Below are positions 10,253-18,560 of a stretch of DNA of 59,257 bases, in pieces. Position 1 is the stretch's first letter, and each line of letters begins with the position of its first letter. The notes below the pieces were generated by a model. It saw only the letters and a program-made list of their open reading frames with translations, had not been told where the DNA came from and ran no database searches. The stretch spans positions 1 to 59,257 of IMG/VR virus record IMGVR_UViG_3300046169_000050, one strand, 5' to 3'. A program made the translations under genes and the position numbers. The stretch is from a virus. Lineage: Duplodnaviria; Caudoviricetes.

Positions 10253-10468
10253 GATGGGCCTCCATTAAATTGACAAATAAACACATGCAGCTGTGCTGCA
10301 ACTATTAGCCGACTTAAAGGAGCGGCTAATCCGTTTCCTCGTATCGTGAGGCGACGAACTAGCGCTTTGTTTACGAGGCGCGACCTCGGCTTTTTTTACG
10401 CCTCTGCAGGCGAGATTCGTTTTTAACGCCTACGGGGCGATCAACTATCGTGCTGACGGACGAATGTA
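10253..10468 (-). ncRNA. Candidate structured 5' leader RNA of the capsid gene
   Basis: Non-coding, seven predicted hairpins, two repeated structural units, anti-SD loop (see findings). Confidence 0.6.
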
Positions 10469-10474
10469 CTTCGT

Positions 10475-10503
10475 ATATTAGCGTCACTAATATTAAGACG
10501 CAA
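10475..10503 (-). promoter_or_regulatory. Sigma70-like capsid promoter overlapped by a 17-bp operator
   Basis: TTGCGT-17 bp-TAATAT on minus strand; operator TATTAGCGTCACTAATA at 10476-10492. Confidence 0.7.
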
Positions 10504-10506
10504 GCA

Positions 10507-10764
10507 CTACTTCTTCCTGCGTCTTCCTGACGCTGTAACGGCGTGTTTGATCTTGGCGGGGCCAGTCTTACGCCGGGCAGATGACGCCTTTTCTGCTTTC
10601 GTCATTTTCGCTGCAACGGCTTTTGGCCTGCACGAAGGATATGGGCGCTTGCTCTTCCCTTTCGCGGACTTACGACCACAAGGTTTGCCGGTCTTTACGT
10701 CGACCCAGCCCTCTTTAAACCATTTTCTAAGGGCAGCACCCTTCTTACTTTTTCTTACGGCCAC
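10507..10764 (-). CDS. Small basic protein (DUF5872-like)
   Basis: L.KWFKE.WVDVKTGKPCGR...RPYP.CRP motif; very K/R-rich. Confidence 0.75.
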   Translation of the reverse strand: MAVRKSKKGAALRKWFKEGWVDVKTGKPCGRKSAKGKSKRPYPSCRPKAVAAKMTKAEKASSARRKTGPAKIKHAVTASGRRRKK

Positions 10765-10903
10765 TTTTGTTACCCCAATTCTTAGCGCCTACTTTTCGGC
10801 ACTTGGCAACTGCACCTGACGCGTACGCCGACGGCCAAACCTTGTAACGGGCCTTGACCTTCTTAGCGCATGCGTCGCTTGCCTTCTTCTTTTTTGCTGG
10901 CAT
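10745..10903 (-). CDS. 52-aa basic protein (not in ORF track)
   Basis: MPAKKKKASDACAKKVKARYKVWPSAYASGAVAKCRKVGAKNWGNKSGRKKK; TGATG coupling to the upstream stop. Confidence 0.75.
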   Translation of the reverse strand: MPAKKKKASDACAKKVKARYKVWPSAYASGAVAKCRKVGAKNWGNKSGRKKK

Positions 10904-11103
10904 CACTTACTACTCACTGGTTGAGTCGTCATGAAGCGCAAAACCACGATACCGCTGGCCATTGCACACCCGATCATTGCCTGAACTGCTGGGTTTGCCG
11001 GTAAAAACCCGATAAACCCCTGCAATACTGAGAGAACTGCGATCGCAACGCCGTATTGCACGGTTCGTGACTTAAATGCCTGTTTCACGTGTGCTGGGAT
11101 CAT
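10903..11103 (-). CDS. 66-aa two-TM membrane protein (holin-like)
   Basis: Two hydrophobic segments; LR..TTQPVS C-terminus; ATGA coupling to the upstream gene. Confidence 0.55.
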   Translation of the reverse strand: MIPAHVKQAFKSRTVQYGVAIAVLSVLQGFIGFLPANPAVQAMIGCAMASGIVVLRFMTTQPVSSK

Positions 11104-11231
11104 TTTTTAGCCCTCTTCGCCTTTAGGCGCTTAAGACGAGCAAGTTCAGCCGCCTCAATCTTAGTTGGCTTACGTGTCATCTTAGGGTTGTAAGCCGCAC
11201 CACGTGGCGGGACTTTCTTTTTAACTGTCAT
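11100..11231 (-). CDS. 43-aa basic protein (not in ORF track)
   Basis: MTVKKKVPPRGAAYNPKMTRKPTKIEAAELARLKRLKAKRAKK; GAGG RBS; stop overlaps next start. Confidence 0.65.
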   Translation of the reverse strand: MTVKKKVPPRGAAYNPKMTRKPTKIEAAELARLKRLKAKRAKK

Positions 11232-11232
11232 A

Positions 11233-11322
11233 TCAATACCTCTTCTTTCGTCGAGTTGTGGGCTTTTTCTTTGGCTTCTTTTTGCTGCTTTTGCTGCAGC
11301 TGCAAGGTTTACCGTTATGCAT
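11233..11322 (-). CDS. 29-aa basic peptide
   Basis: MHNGKPCSCSKSSKKKPKKKPTTRRKKRY; GGAG RBS; starts 1 nt after previous stop. Confidence 0.6.
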   Translation of the reverse strand: MHNGKPCSCSKSSKKKPKKKPTTRRKKRY

Positions 11323-11323
11323 G

Positions 11324-11434
11324 CTAGTAACTCCGAGCTTTGCGTGCTGGGGCTTTGGCTTTAGACCGTTTCTTACACTTACCGGCCTTCTTACAGGCTG
11401 CTTTGGTTGTACAGGTTGCACAGGGCTTAAACAT
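11324..11434 (-). CDS. 36-aa Cys/Lys-rich peptide (not in ORF track)
   Basis: MFKPCATCTTKAACKKAGKCKKRSKAKAPARKARSY; strong TAAGGAG RBS. Confidence 0.7.
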   Translation of the reverse strand: MFKPCATCTTKAACKKAGKCKKRSKAKAPARKARSY

Positions 11435-11444
11435 GATTAACTCC

Positions 11445-11711
11445 TTACCATTTTTTGCACGACCAGTACCGTGCAGTTAGTTTGCTAGGTGGACTTGTGT
11501 CACATCGATGCCGTGCCCTGAACGACTTGCGTCGTCCGGGCTGACTTTTCTTGATAGTCATCTTGGCGTCGCCAAAACGAATGGTTTTTGTCTTATCACC
11601 CTGCTTTGCAACAACTACGAACTTTTTGGTCGGGTGACTCGGCGTTCGTTTCGGCTTGTTGTAGCCACTTACGCCTGCTCGCGCTAACTTCGGGTCTTTC
11701 TTGGCTGGCAT
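11445..11711 (-). CDS. Small basic protein (DUF6321-like)
   Basis: K.IRFGD..M.IKK..P.RRKSFRARH.C.....KL.ARYWSC..W motif. Confidence 0.8.
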   Translation of the reverse strand: MPAKKDPKLARAGVSGYNKPKRTPSHPTKKFVVVAKQGDKTKTIRFGDAKMTIKKSQPGRRKSFRARHRCDTSPPSKLTARYWSCKKW

Positions 11712-12724
11712 TACAGGATATCTCCGCGTAATCGTCTCAGCGTTGCTTCCGGCAGTGCATTGAACTCGTCTTCCGTCATGGAAGCGATGTCTAAGGCTTT
11801 CTCTCCACGTGCAGTCGACGACTCACCCGGCATTTCGGGCGGTTGTGACTCTGCGGCTTTAAGTTTTCGGCTAACTTCGGCTCTTTTCTTAGCAACTTCG
11901 TCTACGCGGGGCGCAGTTTCGCCAGAAAGCGATGGGGTAGCAGCTGCTTCGGTCATATCGACCAAGTCATACTCGCGAAGCACAAATTTTGCGGCCTTTG
12001 TAAGCGCTGCAACGGGGTTTTCGCCCTTCATAATAAACGCATCGCGCAAATCGATGACTTCTTGGGTGTAGCCTTCGTTGTATTGATCGGAATTTCTGTC
12101 AAAAACCGGGAAATTGTCCTCTAATTCCGATGCAGCTTGCTGCAAAGCAGTCGCTTGCTGGCTTTGAGACACGGATTCGCCGATTTTTGAGCTAAATTCG
12201 TACTCTAACTGCGCCCTTTCCGCCGTTCGGATCTCTTTTCGGAGAGCTGCAGCCTTCTGAGCCTCGCCATCGAGCACCAAATTCTGATATTCGACTTCTT
12301 TGGAGTCAAAATCGTAGGCTTCTGGTGCTTCGCCCGGCTCCTGCTTCTGCGCTCGTAGCTCGTCGAGCTGCTTTTCCAGCGCTTTCTGCTTGGCCAACAC
12401 CTCGTCAAGGCGCGACTTAGGCACCATGTGCTTGCGTGGCTCTTCAGGAGCAGGTTCTTCTGCTGCTTCTACTGCTTCTGTAACCGGCGTTTGGTCGCCG
12501 AGAGAAGGTGAATCGTCTTCTGCCACAGGTTCTTCAGCTTCCGCAACAGCTTCAACTTCAGTTTCTTCAGCTTCCGCAACAACTTCTTCATCTTCTGGCT
12601 CCTCCACAGGCTCTTCGCCCAATCCAAAGTTCAAATCAAGCTGCTCTGCAGCTGAGTCTTCAGGTGCATCTGATCCGGGCATGCGGTCATACACCAATTC
12701 GTCTTTCTGCTCTTCGTTAGACAT
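11711..12724 (-). CDS. Capsid scaffolding protein
   Basis: Acidic N-terminus, VPKSRLDEV, coiled coil, C-terminal MTEDEF.ALP...RLRGD; between portal and capsid genes. Confidence 0.8.
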   Translation of the reverse strand: MSNEEQKDELVYDRMPGSDAPEDSAAEQLDLNFGLGEEPVEEPEDEEVVAEAEETEVEAVAEAEEPVAEDDSPSLGDQTPVTEAVEAAEEPAPEEPRKHMVPKSRLDEVLAKQKALEKQLDELRAQKQEPGEAPEAYDFDSKEVEYQNLVLDGEAQKAAALRKEIRTAERAQLEYEFSSKIGESVSQSQQATALQQAASELEDNFPVFDRNSDQYNEGYTQEVIDLRDAFIMKGENPVAALTKAAKFVLREYDLVDMTEAAATPSLSGETAPRVDEVAKKRAEVSRKLKAAESQPPEMPGESSTARGEKALDIASMTEDEFNALPEATLRRLRGDIL

Positions 12725-12735
12725 CTCTCAATCTC

Positions 12736-14889
12736 CTATTGATTCTCAGGGGTCCGCATATTCGGTATGTTCACCTGTTGCGGCTGTTGCTGCTTTGCAG
12801 CGGTTTGCATTGCTGTAGCAGCAATTCGGGTTGCAGCAGCAGTTTCCTGCTGCGATCTGCGCGTCTCGTTGGTGAGATCAGACAGTTCACGGCGCAGCTC
12901 TAGCTCACGGTTCTTCATCTCAAGCTGCGATTGAAGTTCTGCCATACGCATCTGAGGCTGAACCTCAGCTGTGTCTTGTACTTTGGCAATGTTGACCGCC
13001 GCTTCAGACTGTAGTTTGCGTACTTCAGCTTCGAGCTTGGCAATTTCAAGCTGCAGCGTCTGCATGCCCATCTGCTGCTGCATCGCCGCTATCTGCTGCT
13101 GCTCTGGTGTCTTCTCTACGCCTGTCATCATGCGGATACGCTTGGCAAGCTCGCCCTTCTTGGCAAGATGGGAGTACTCGATAATGGCGTCATCTGGGAT
13201 GGCCACGCCGACCTGACGCAAGTTAAGCGCCTCTGCGAACTGCACTTCATCAAACGAGTCACGAGCAGGCGCTGTGGCGATGACTACATCGTACTCACCC
13301 AGCGTTAGGTCATTTACGATCTGGCCCTGCGGCGTCATCTGGTTGATAACCATCTCTTCGCGAGGCTGAAGCGGGTCGCTTTCATCAGTAATCATGATGA
13401 TGCGCTGCTCTGTGTAGAACGTCTGGATGAGATCGAGGATGCGCTCAGCCAAGTACTGTCGAGTCTTCCGCAGATTATCGAGCGGCACCTGAATCATGAT
13501 CGCACCACGATTCTGCTTAGCCTGAATAGCTACACCTGATACTTCAGCACTGTCAGTGCCGAGCATCGAATCGTTGATACCAGAGATCGCCTTGATGTTA
13601 AGCGCAGCTTTTTGGCTGATGCGGTCTAGGCCGGTGGGGATCTGGTTAGGCTGAATCTTCTGCGGAGGCTGTGAACCACGGTTGTACTCAAGCACGAGTC
13701 CTGTTTCTGCACCGTGCTCCTCTAAATCATCAGCTTGCATCCCGACTAGTGATCCACTCTCCACGACCCATCCGCTGTTGGCGGTGGTGTTAACGATGTG
13801 GAGTTCTTGGCTCGCTATCTTGTTGAGCTGCTCCTGTGGACTAAGGAGATTGCGGACCATGCCAAAAGGACGACCCCTACGGAAGTAAGCGAAATAAGGA
13901 ACAATAGTGAACCCATTGTAAGGAGACCAATCGTCGTGAAGAACAACGTGATCGCACGTAACGGTCCAACGAACCTTGCGCTTAACCTTTGAAATAATGT
14001 TGAGGCCATACTCCTTGGCGAACTTCTTAGCTTTTCTTTCGTTCCATGCTTCTGGTACATCTCTCTGGTCTCCTGTATCAGGGTCCACGAAACAATCTAC
14101 CCGATGCATGCGACGGTGTTGGCGCTCGATGACCCGCAAAGCCCTAATATTGCGGTACTCATCATCTCCGGGTGGTCCTGCACCCAGATAATCGTCAGCA
14201 GAAGACAGATCGCCGAAGCGGTTCTCTTCATACTCGATGGAGTCCCGGCCCATACCCGCGCCGTTTTCCGCAATAAACTGCAGCTGCTCAGCCTTCTTCT
14301 TGCCGTACAGCTCTTCAATCTCATCGAGGGTCATCCATTTGGTCTCAAAGACCTCGTTCCACGATTCGGGGTTCTGGTCCTTGGCATCGGGGTCGATGAG
14401 GATGTCTAGTGGATCTTTAGCCGTGATTCGTATTTCACCTTCCACGTGGTCGGAAAAGTCCATACGACAGTCAAAGTATCCGCGCCCATCGAGAATGAGG
14501 CCGTCGCTAAACACTTGCTGCTCGATCCAGTCGAGCTTGTTGTTGTCTGCAATCTGCAGGTACAACTTGGTCAGCGTGTGTGCGACTTCGGAGTCGCCGT
14601 TTCGGCGTGGTTTAAACTGCACATCTGCACGGCGCGTGGACTGTTCTCCAAGGACCGTGTTCACTGTTGGTAACACAGTGTTGATGGTCAGTGCAGGACG
14701 CCCCTCAGCTTCAAGCTGAGCAATATCATCGGGATCCCACTGGTCACCGCGATAGAAAGCATCGCAGCGTTTTGCGTTTTCAATATAGTCGAGGTGCCCA
14801 TTGTCGCGGGCACGCACGTAGCGATCCCATTGGCCTGAAGCGATTTCTGCCTCTTCACCGGGGGAAAGTCGTTTCTTTGGGTTGGCCAT
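12736..14889 (-). CDS. Portal protein (P22/N4-like, with Gln-rich C-terminal barrel)
   Basis: FY.GDQW, RP.LTIN, G.VR.L..PQ..LNK, SG.AI..KQ motifs; follows TerL. Confidence 0.9.
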   Translation of the reverse strand: MANPKKRLSPGEEAEIASGQWDRYVRARDNGHLDYIENAKRCDAFYRGDQWDPDDIAQLEAEGRPALTINTVLPTVNTVLGEQSTRRADVQFKPRRNGDSEVAHTLTKLYLQIADNNKLDWIEQQVFSDGLILDGRGYFDCRMDFSDHVEGEIRITAKDPLDILIDPDAKDQNPESWNEVFETKWMTLDEIEELYGKKKAEQLQFIAENGAGMGRDSIEYEENRFGDLSSADDYLGAGPPGDDEYRNIRALRVIERQHRRMHRVDCFVDPDTGDQRDVPEAWNERKAKKFAKEYGLNIISKVKRKVRWTVTCDHVVLHDDWSPYNGFTIVPYFAYFRRGRPFGMVRNLLSPQEQLNKIASQELHIVNTTANSGWVVESGSLVGMQADDLEEHGAETGLVLEYNRGSQPPQKIQPNQIPTGLDRISQKAALNIKAISGINDSMLGTDSAEVSGVAIQAKQNRGAIMIQVPLDNLRKTRQYLAERILDLIQTFYTEQRIIMITDESDPLQPREEMVINQMTPQGQIVNDLTLGEYDVVIATAPARDSFDEVQFAEALNLRQVGVAIPDDAIIEYSHLAKKGELAKRIRMMTGVEKTPEQQQIAAMQQQMGMQTLQLEIAKLEAEVRKLQSEAAVNIAKVQDTAEVQPQMRMAELQSQLEMKNRELELRRELSDLTNETRRSQQETAAATRIAATAMQTAAKQQQPQQVNIPNMRTPENQ

Positions 14890-14891
14890 AG

Positions 14892-16547
14892 TTATGCACT
14901 CATCGCAGATTTATTGCGCTCGGGTTTCATGAGGTGGTTAAGACGGTCTCGCCATGACGGTTCACGGACCACGGCAGGTGCTTGGTAACTAGCAAACTCC
15001 GTCATCATCAAACCTAGCCACGCGAGCGCGTCGACTTGGTCGTCATGCACCCCGTTCGGAAAACGTAAGAGTTCTGCGACTAACGGGCCGGTGAATAGCT
15101 CATCACGGGGGAGGAACACCATCCCCTGCTGCATACGGCCTTGGATCGCTCTAGCACGGGCTTCTTTATCCCGCCGCCCCGTCTTGAGGTCTTTGAAATA
15201 GGCTTCGTATAGTCCGCGCTCTCGGACACGCTTCTCTAGGAACGGACCAAGGGCCATCTCGATGTGGCCCTTTTCTATACCGATGATGGATGGGTGCCAC
15301 GTCTCATAGAGATCCAAGATCTGTTCTACAAGCTCGAAGCCGTCAAAGCGGCCCCGCACCACGTCCATTACGAATAGCTGATCATACTCGTTGACCCCTA
15401 TGACCATGCCGACTGAGTAGTCGTTGCGGTCTCGTTTGCCGATCGCCAAATCCCACGCAGCGTAGTAGCGCATGGCATCTAGGTCGACTTCTTCTGGGTC
15501 GTAGTAACGAATCATGTCACGGGTGAAGTAGTCACCGTCATCCGCAACTGGGTTTTGTTGGTACAGCGCCGACCAGTCTCTGGGGCCGACAGCTCGTTGT
15601 ATACGTTGCAGCGACTCAACGTCGTAGCGCTCTGGGTGTAGCGCGTCGCCCTGCTCCCGGAACTCTTCGTCTTCTTCCGCTATCGCGGGGTAACGAATGA
15701 CTTCCCACTCGTCGCCGCCGTCAGTAGAAGCTTTAAGCAAGCGGCCTGCTAAGTCATCATCATGCCAACGAGTGAGAATAACAAGTACTCCACCACCCGG
15801 AGCGAGGCGTGTGTAAGCAGTACTAGTATACCAATCCCAAGAACCATCCCGGTTGTTCTGGCTTTCAGCATCTTCTCGGTTCTTGACGGGATCGTCGATA
15901 AGAAGAATGTGCGCTCCCTTACCCGTAATACCACCTCCGACGCCAGCTGCAACGTAACCGCCGCCATTTGTAGTAAGCCAAGCTTCCGCAGACTGGCTGT
16001 CAGGATCGAGTCGAGTCTGAAACGCAGTTTTGTAAGTAGACTCGCGGAGGAGTTGTCGTACCTTTCGGCTGAAACCCATAGCAAGCGAACCCGAATACGA
16101 GCAACTAATAAATTCGTGGCTAGGATTTCGGCCCAGATGCCAAGCCGGGAACGCAACCGATGCAAGCGTAGACTTTCCGTGACGCGGTGGCATAAACAAC
16201 ATAAGCCTTGGACTTTTCTTGTCCACCACGTCTTGGCTGAACTTTTCGAGTCGTCGGCATATATCCTTGTGTACCCAGCCAGCCGAGTAGTCAGGATTAA
16301 ATCTCTCAACGAATGGTAGTAGCCGTTTGCGGGTGAGGAAACGTAGTGCGAGTTCTGCTTTTGCTTTGTTTTCAAGGGACGCCTCCTCTTCTTCTATCTC
16401 TACATCAGGAGTAGTTGGGGGTGGCAACGCTTCCGCATCATCCGCTTTGCAATAGACACACAGCCCACTTACCTCGTCTGCGTACAAGGTTTCGGGGTGT
16501 AAGTTCTTACAGCGTAAGCACTTACGTTTTGGTATCTCTGCATTCAA
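14892..16547 (-). CDS. terL: Terminase large subunit
   Basis: PPRHGKS Walker A, LLIDDP Walker B, TRWH.DDL.GR, WDLA, HDDQVDA; N-terminal CxxC..CxxC. Confidence 0.95.
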   Translation of the reverse strand: MNAEIPKRKCLRCKNLHPETLYADEVSGLCVYCKADDAEALPPPTTPDVEIEEEEASLENKAKAELALRFLTRKRLLPFVERFNPDYSAGWVHKDICRRLEKFSQDVVDKKSPRLMLFMPPRHGKSTLASVAFPAWHLGRNPSHEFISCSYSGSLAMGFSRKVRQLLRESTYKTAFQTRLDPDSQSAEAWLTTNGGGYVAAGVGGGITGKGAHILLIDDPVKNREDAESQNNRDGSWDWYTSTAYTRLAPGGGVLVILTRWHDDDLAGRLLKASTDGGDEWEVIRYPAIAEEDEEFREQGDALHPERYDVESLQRIQRAVGPRDWSALYQQNPVADDGDYFTRDMIRYYDPEEVDLDAMRYYAAWDLAIGKRDRNDYSVGMVIGVNEYDQLFVMDVVRGRFDGFELVEQILDLYETWHPSIIGIEKGHIEMALGPFLEKRVRERGLYEAYFKDLKTGRRDKEARARAIQGRMQQGMVFLPRDELFTGPLVAELLRFPNGVHDDQVDALAWLGLMMTEFASYQAPAVVREPSWRDRLNHLMKPERNKSAMSA

Positions 16548-17062
16548 GACGCGGCAGGCTCCAAGTAGGCGTTAGACTTCCCGGCTATCTCCAGTAACTC
16601 TTCATCAGACAGGCGCTCAAGCTGTTTTGCGGTCGCGTTGAGGTTGATGTTTATCTGAGTCGCTTGGTCAGGCAGACCTAAACCATGCAGCTTCACTAAT
16701 GAGTCGACAGTGTTCTTCATTTCTGTCGCGGTAGCGGACGAGGAGTACGCCTCCATATACATAGTGTGTGCGTTGGTCTTAGTGAACTTGACCTCTTCGC
16801 GCATCTGGTCGCGGAAATACTGTAGGGCTTGCTGCACCTGTGGCAGCTTAGACGCGGAGTACGCGGTCTGCGCAGACTTATATCCAGCTGCTCTACCAGC
16901 AGCGGAGACAGTCATGCCACTCGAAATCATTAGGACGAGCTTTTCTTGTTGCACAGTGAGTTCGCCAAGCTGCAACCCCATGTAAGGAACGTGGGATTGG
17001 AACTCGGTATGGCTCATATCTTTGGTATCACTAATGGATACGTCTTCGGACGCTTTCTCCAA
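16544..17062 (-). CDS. terS: Terminase small subunit
   Basis: LT.QQE...A.RAAGYKS HTH pattern, C-terminal LSDEELL.IA; directly upstream of terL (true start may be ATG 17017). Confidence 0.75.
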   Translation of the reverse strand: MEKASEDVSISDTKDMSHTEFQSHVPYMGLQLGELTVQQEKLVLMISSGMTVSAAGRAAGYKSAQTAYSASKLPQVQQALQYFRDQMREEVKFTKTNAHTMYMEAYSSSATATEMKNTVDSLVKLHGLGLPDQATQININLNATAKQLERLSDEELLEIAGKSNAYLEPAAS

Positions 17063-17297
17063 ACTGCTCCCTCATACCCTCGTCTTGGTAGATAAACACT
17101 GGTGCACGTGCACCCAGATCATCCAGCCCGATATTGACTACAAATTCATGCAGCGACAGGTGCGGTGGATCCATAAACATCACAAGTTCTTCGGCTAATG
17201 ACGCGTCATAAGCTAGAACTTCGACACCTGAAACGTAAGCTGTGCCTAGAAGAGCATCTTCTAGTCCCTCTATTGCAAGCATTTCGATCATTGTCAT
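17031..17297 (-). CDS. Hypothetical protein
   Basis: 88-aa acidic ORF downstream of operator 17305. Confidence 0.55.
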   Translation of the reverse strand: MTMIEMLAIEGLEDALLGTAYVSGVEVLAYDASLAEELVMFMDPPHLSLHEFVVNIGLDDLGARAPVFIYQDEGMREQFGESVRRRIH

Positions 17298-17304
17298 AGG
17301 CGAA

Positions 17305-17321
17305 TATTAGCCTTACTAATA
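17305..17321. promoter_or_regulatory. 17-bp palindromic operator
   Basis: TATTAGCCTTACTAATA, intergenic. Confidence 0.75.
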
Positions 17322-17324
17322 TAT

Positions 17325-17789
17325 CTAATCAATAGACATGTCGTGTATGTTTTTGACCCACCACCAAAACATGTCTATCGAGAGCGTGTGGCGCATGATA
17401 TTTATGCGGTACGCCACGAGCTGAACATTTTCTGGCGTGTACCCAGACTCGGGACTTACGCGGTCAATACTGGCGTTGAATTCTTTATGGCCAGTGCCGT
17501 CTATATGGTGGGTCATATTGACACCCGAAATAGCACACTTGCCGTTCTGTGCCTCCCATATGTCTATAAGGTCTTCAGGTTCTAGCCGCCATTCGTGCGT
17601 TTCTTTGCGGGAGTACTTTAGTTTGGAGCACAGACGCCTTAGATACTGTTCGTACCCGGCGCTAACTAATTTATTGCGCGAAACGGATTTGCAAGAATTG
17701 CAGATACCACGCGCCCCGCCTTTCTTGTACTTCTCAAACTGCTCTATCGGCAGATCGCGCTTGCAGCTTTTGCAAGTCTTGGTACCCAA
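17325..17789 (-). CDS. HNH-type endonuclease with N-terminal zinc ribbon
   Basis: CxxC..CxxC; QNGKCAISG, SIDRV...GYTPENVQLV...N motif. Confidence 0.8.
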   Translation of the reverse strand: MGTKTCKSCKRDLPIEQFEKYKKGGARGICNSCKSVSRNKLVSAGYEQYLRRLCSKLKYSRKETHEWRLEPEDLIDIWEAQNGKCAISGVNMTHHIDGTGHKEFNASIDRVSPESGYTPENVQLVAYRINIMRHTLSIDMFWWWVKNIHDMSID

Positions 17790-17806
17790 AGACCGTGCCC
17801 CCCGGT

Positions 17807-17823
17807 CATTAGTTGAGCTAATA
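17807..17823. promoter_or_regulatory. 17-bp palindromic operator at start of the late arm
   Basis: CATTAGTTGAGCTAATA. Confidence 0.7.
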
Positions 17824-18039
17824 ATACGTACCAGAAATTTTTTTGCAAAATTTATTTATGAATCGCTCACACACTATCTCCCCCCTGCCGACTAGACCCA
17901 GCCCTTTCCCCGATCACGGACATTGAACCTTGTTTCGTGATTCGTGGCTGGAACCTTGTCCGGCAGTAACCCCTTTTACTCACTCGTTCCTCATTCGTTG
18001 TCGTTTGTCTTTGTGTCTTTAACTAATAGGAGATAAGAC

Positions 18040-18234
18040 ATGATCTACGCAGACGCAATATGGTTCGTTACTCTTGTTCTAGTAATACCCTCACTAATCA
18101 TGTGGTCTTTATCCACGATTCTTGATCCACGGCCCACGGTTCGTGGTGCAAGGCGCTTGACCGAGCATGAGTGGGCCATGAAGTGGCAACGTGCTGAGTG
18201 GGAGCGGCGTCGTCGCGCGCGGCGGGGGGTGTGA
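18040..18234 (+). CDS. First early gene, membrane-anchored basic protein
   Basis: AGGAG RBS; N-terminal TM; Arg-rich tail. Confidence 0.6.
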   Translation: MIYADAIWFVTLVLVIPSLIMWSLSTILDPRPTVRGARRLTEHEWAMKWQRAEWERRRRARRGV

Positions 18235-18528
18235 CAGCACTTTTACGGTGTGACACCACAATTTGCAACGTGTCACACCTCAGCAAGTCATTGATATTGC
18301 TACACATTCTTTGCTTTAGCACTGGGGTGTGACAGGTGTGACACCTCAACTAAGTTAGTACAGAAACGTATCTGTTTATTTAATACTTTTACTTTTGAAC
18401 TTAACTTTTTAACTATTTGCTGTCACACCTGTCACACCTTTCTTCTTTACTGTTGTAAATCAACAACTTACATAATTTCTCGTGGTGTCACACTCGCGTC
18501 ACACTCGCGTCACACCTAGTGTCACACC
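18228..18528. repeat. Iteron array / putative replication origin
   Basis: 11 copies of the GTCACAC core in both orientations around an AT-rich tract (about 18360-18420), plus two IHF-consensus sites. Confidence 0.75.
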
Positions 18529-18560
18529 TCAACGAACCACGGTCCACGGAGGACGATTCA

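Noticed and set aside
10303-10330. Additional operator (TATTAGC...GCTAAT)
   Set aside because: Half-site spacing is far longer than 5 bp; better explained as the RNA hairpin carrying the anti-SD loop.
11233-11421. Single 62-aa ORF
   Set aside because: Better explained by two RBS-bearing genes, 11324-11434 and 11233-11322.
18228-18528. CRISPR mini-array
   Set aside because: Repeats are only 7-9 nt, in both orientations and irregularly spaced; the Cas4-like gene is an ordinary phage exonuclease.
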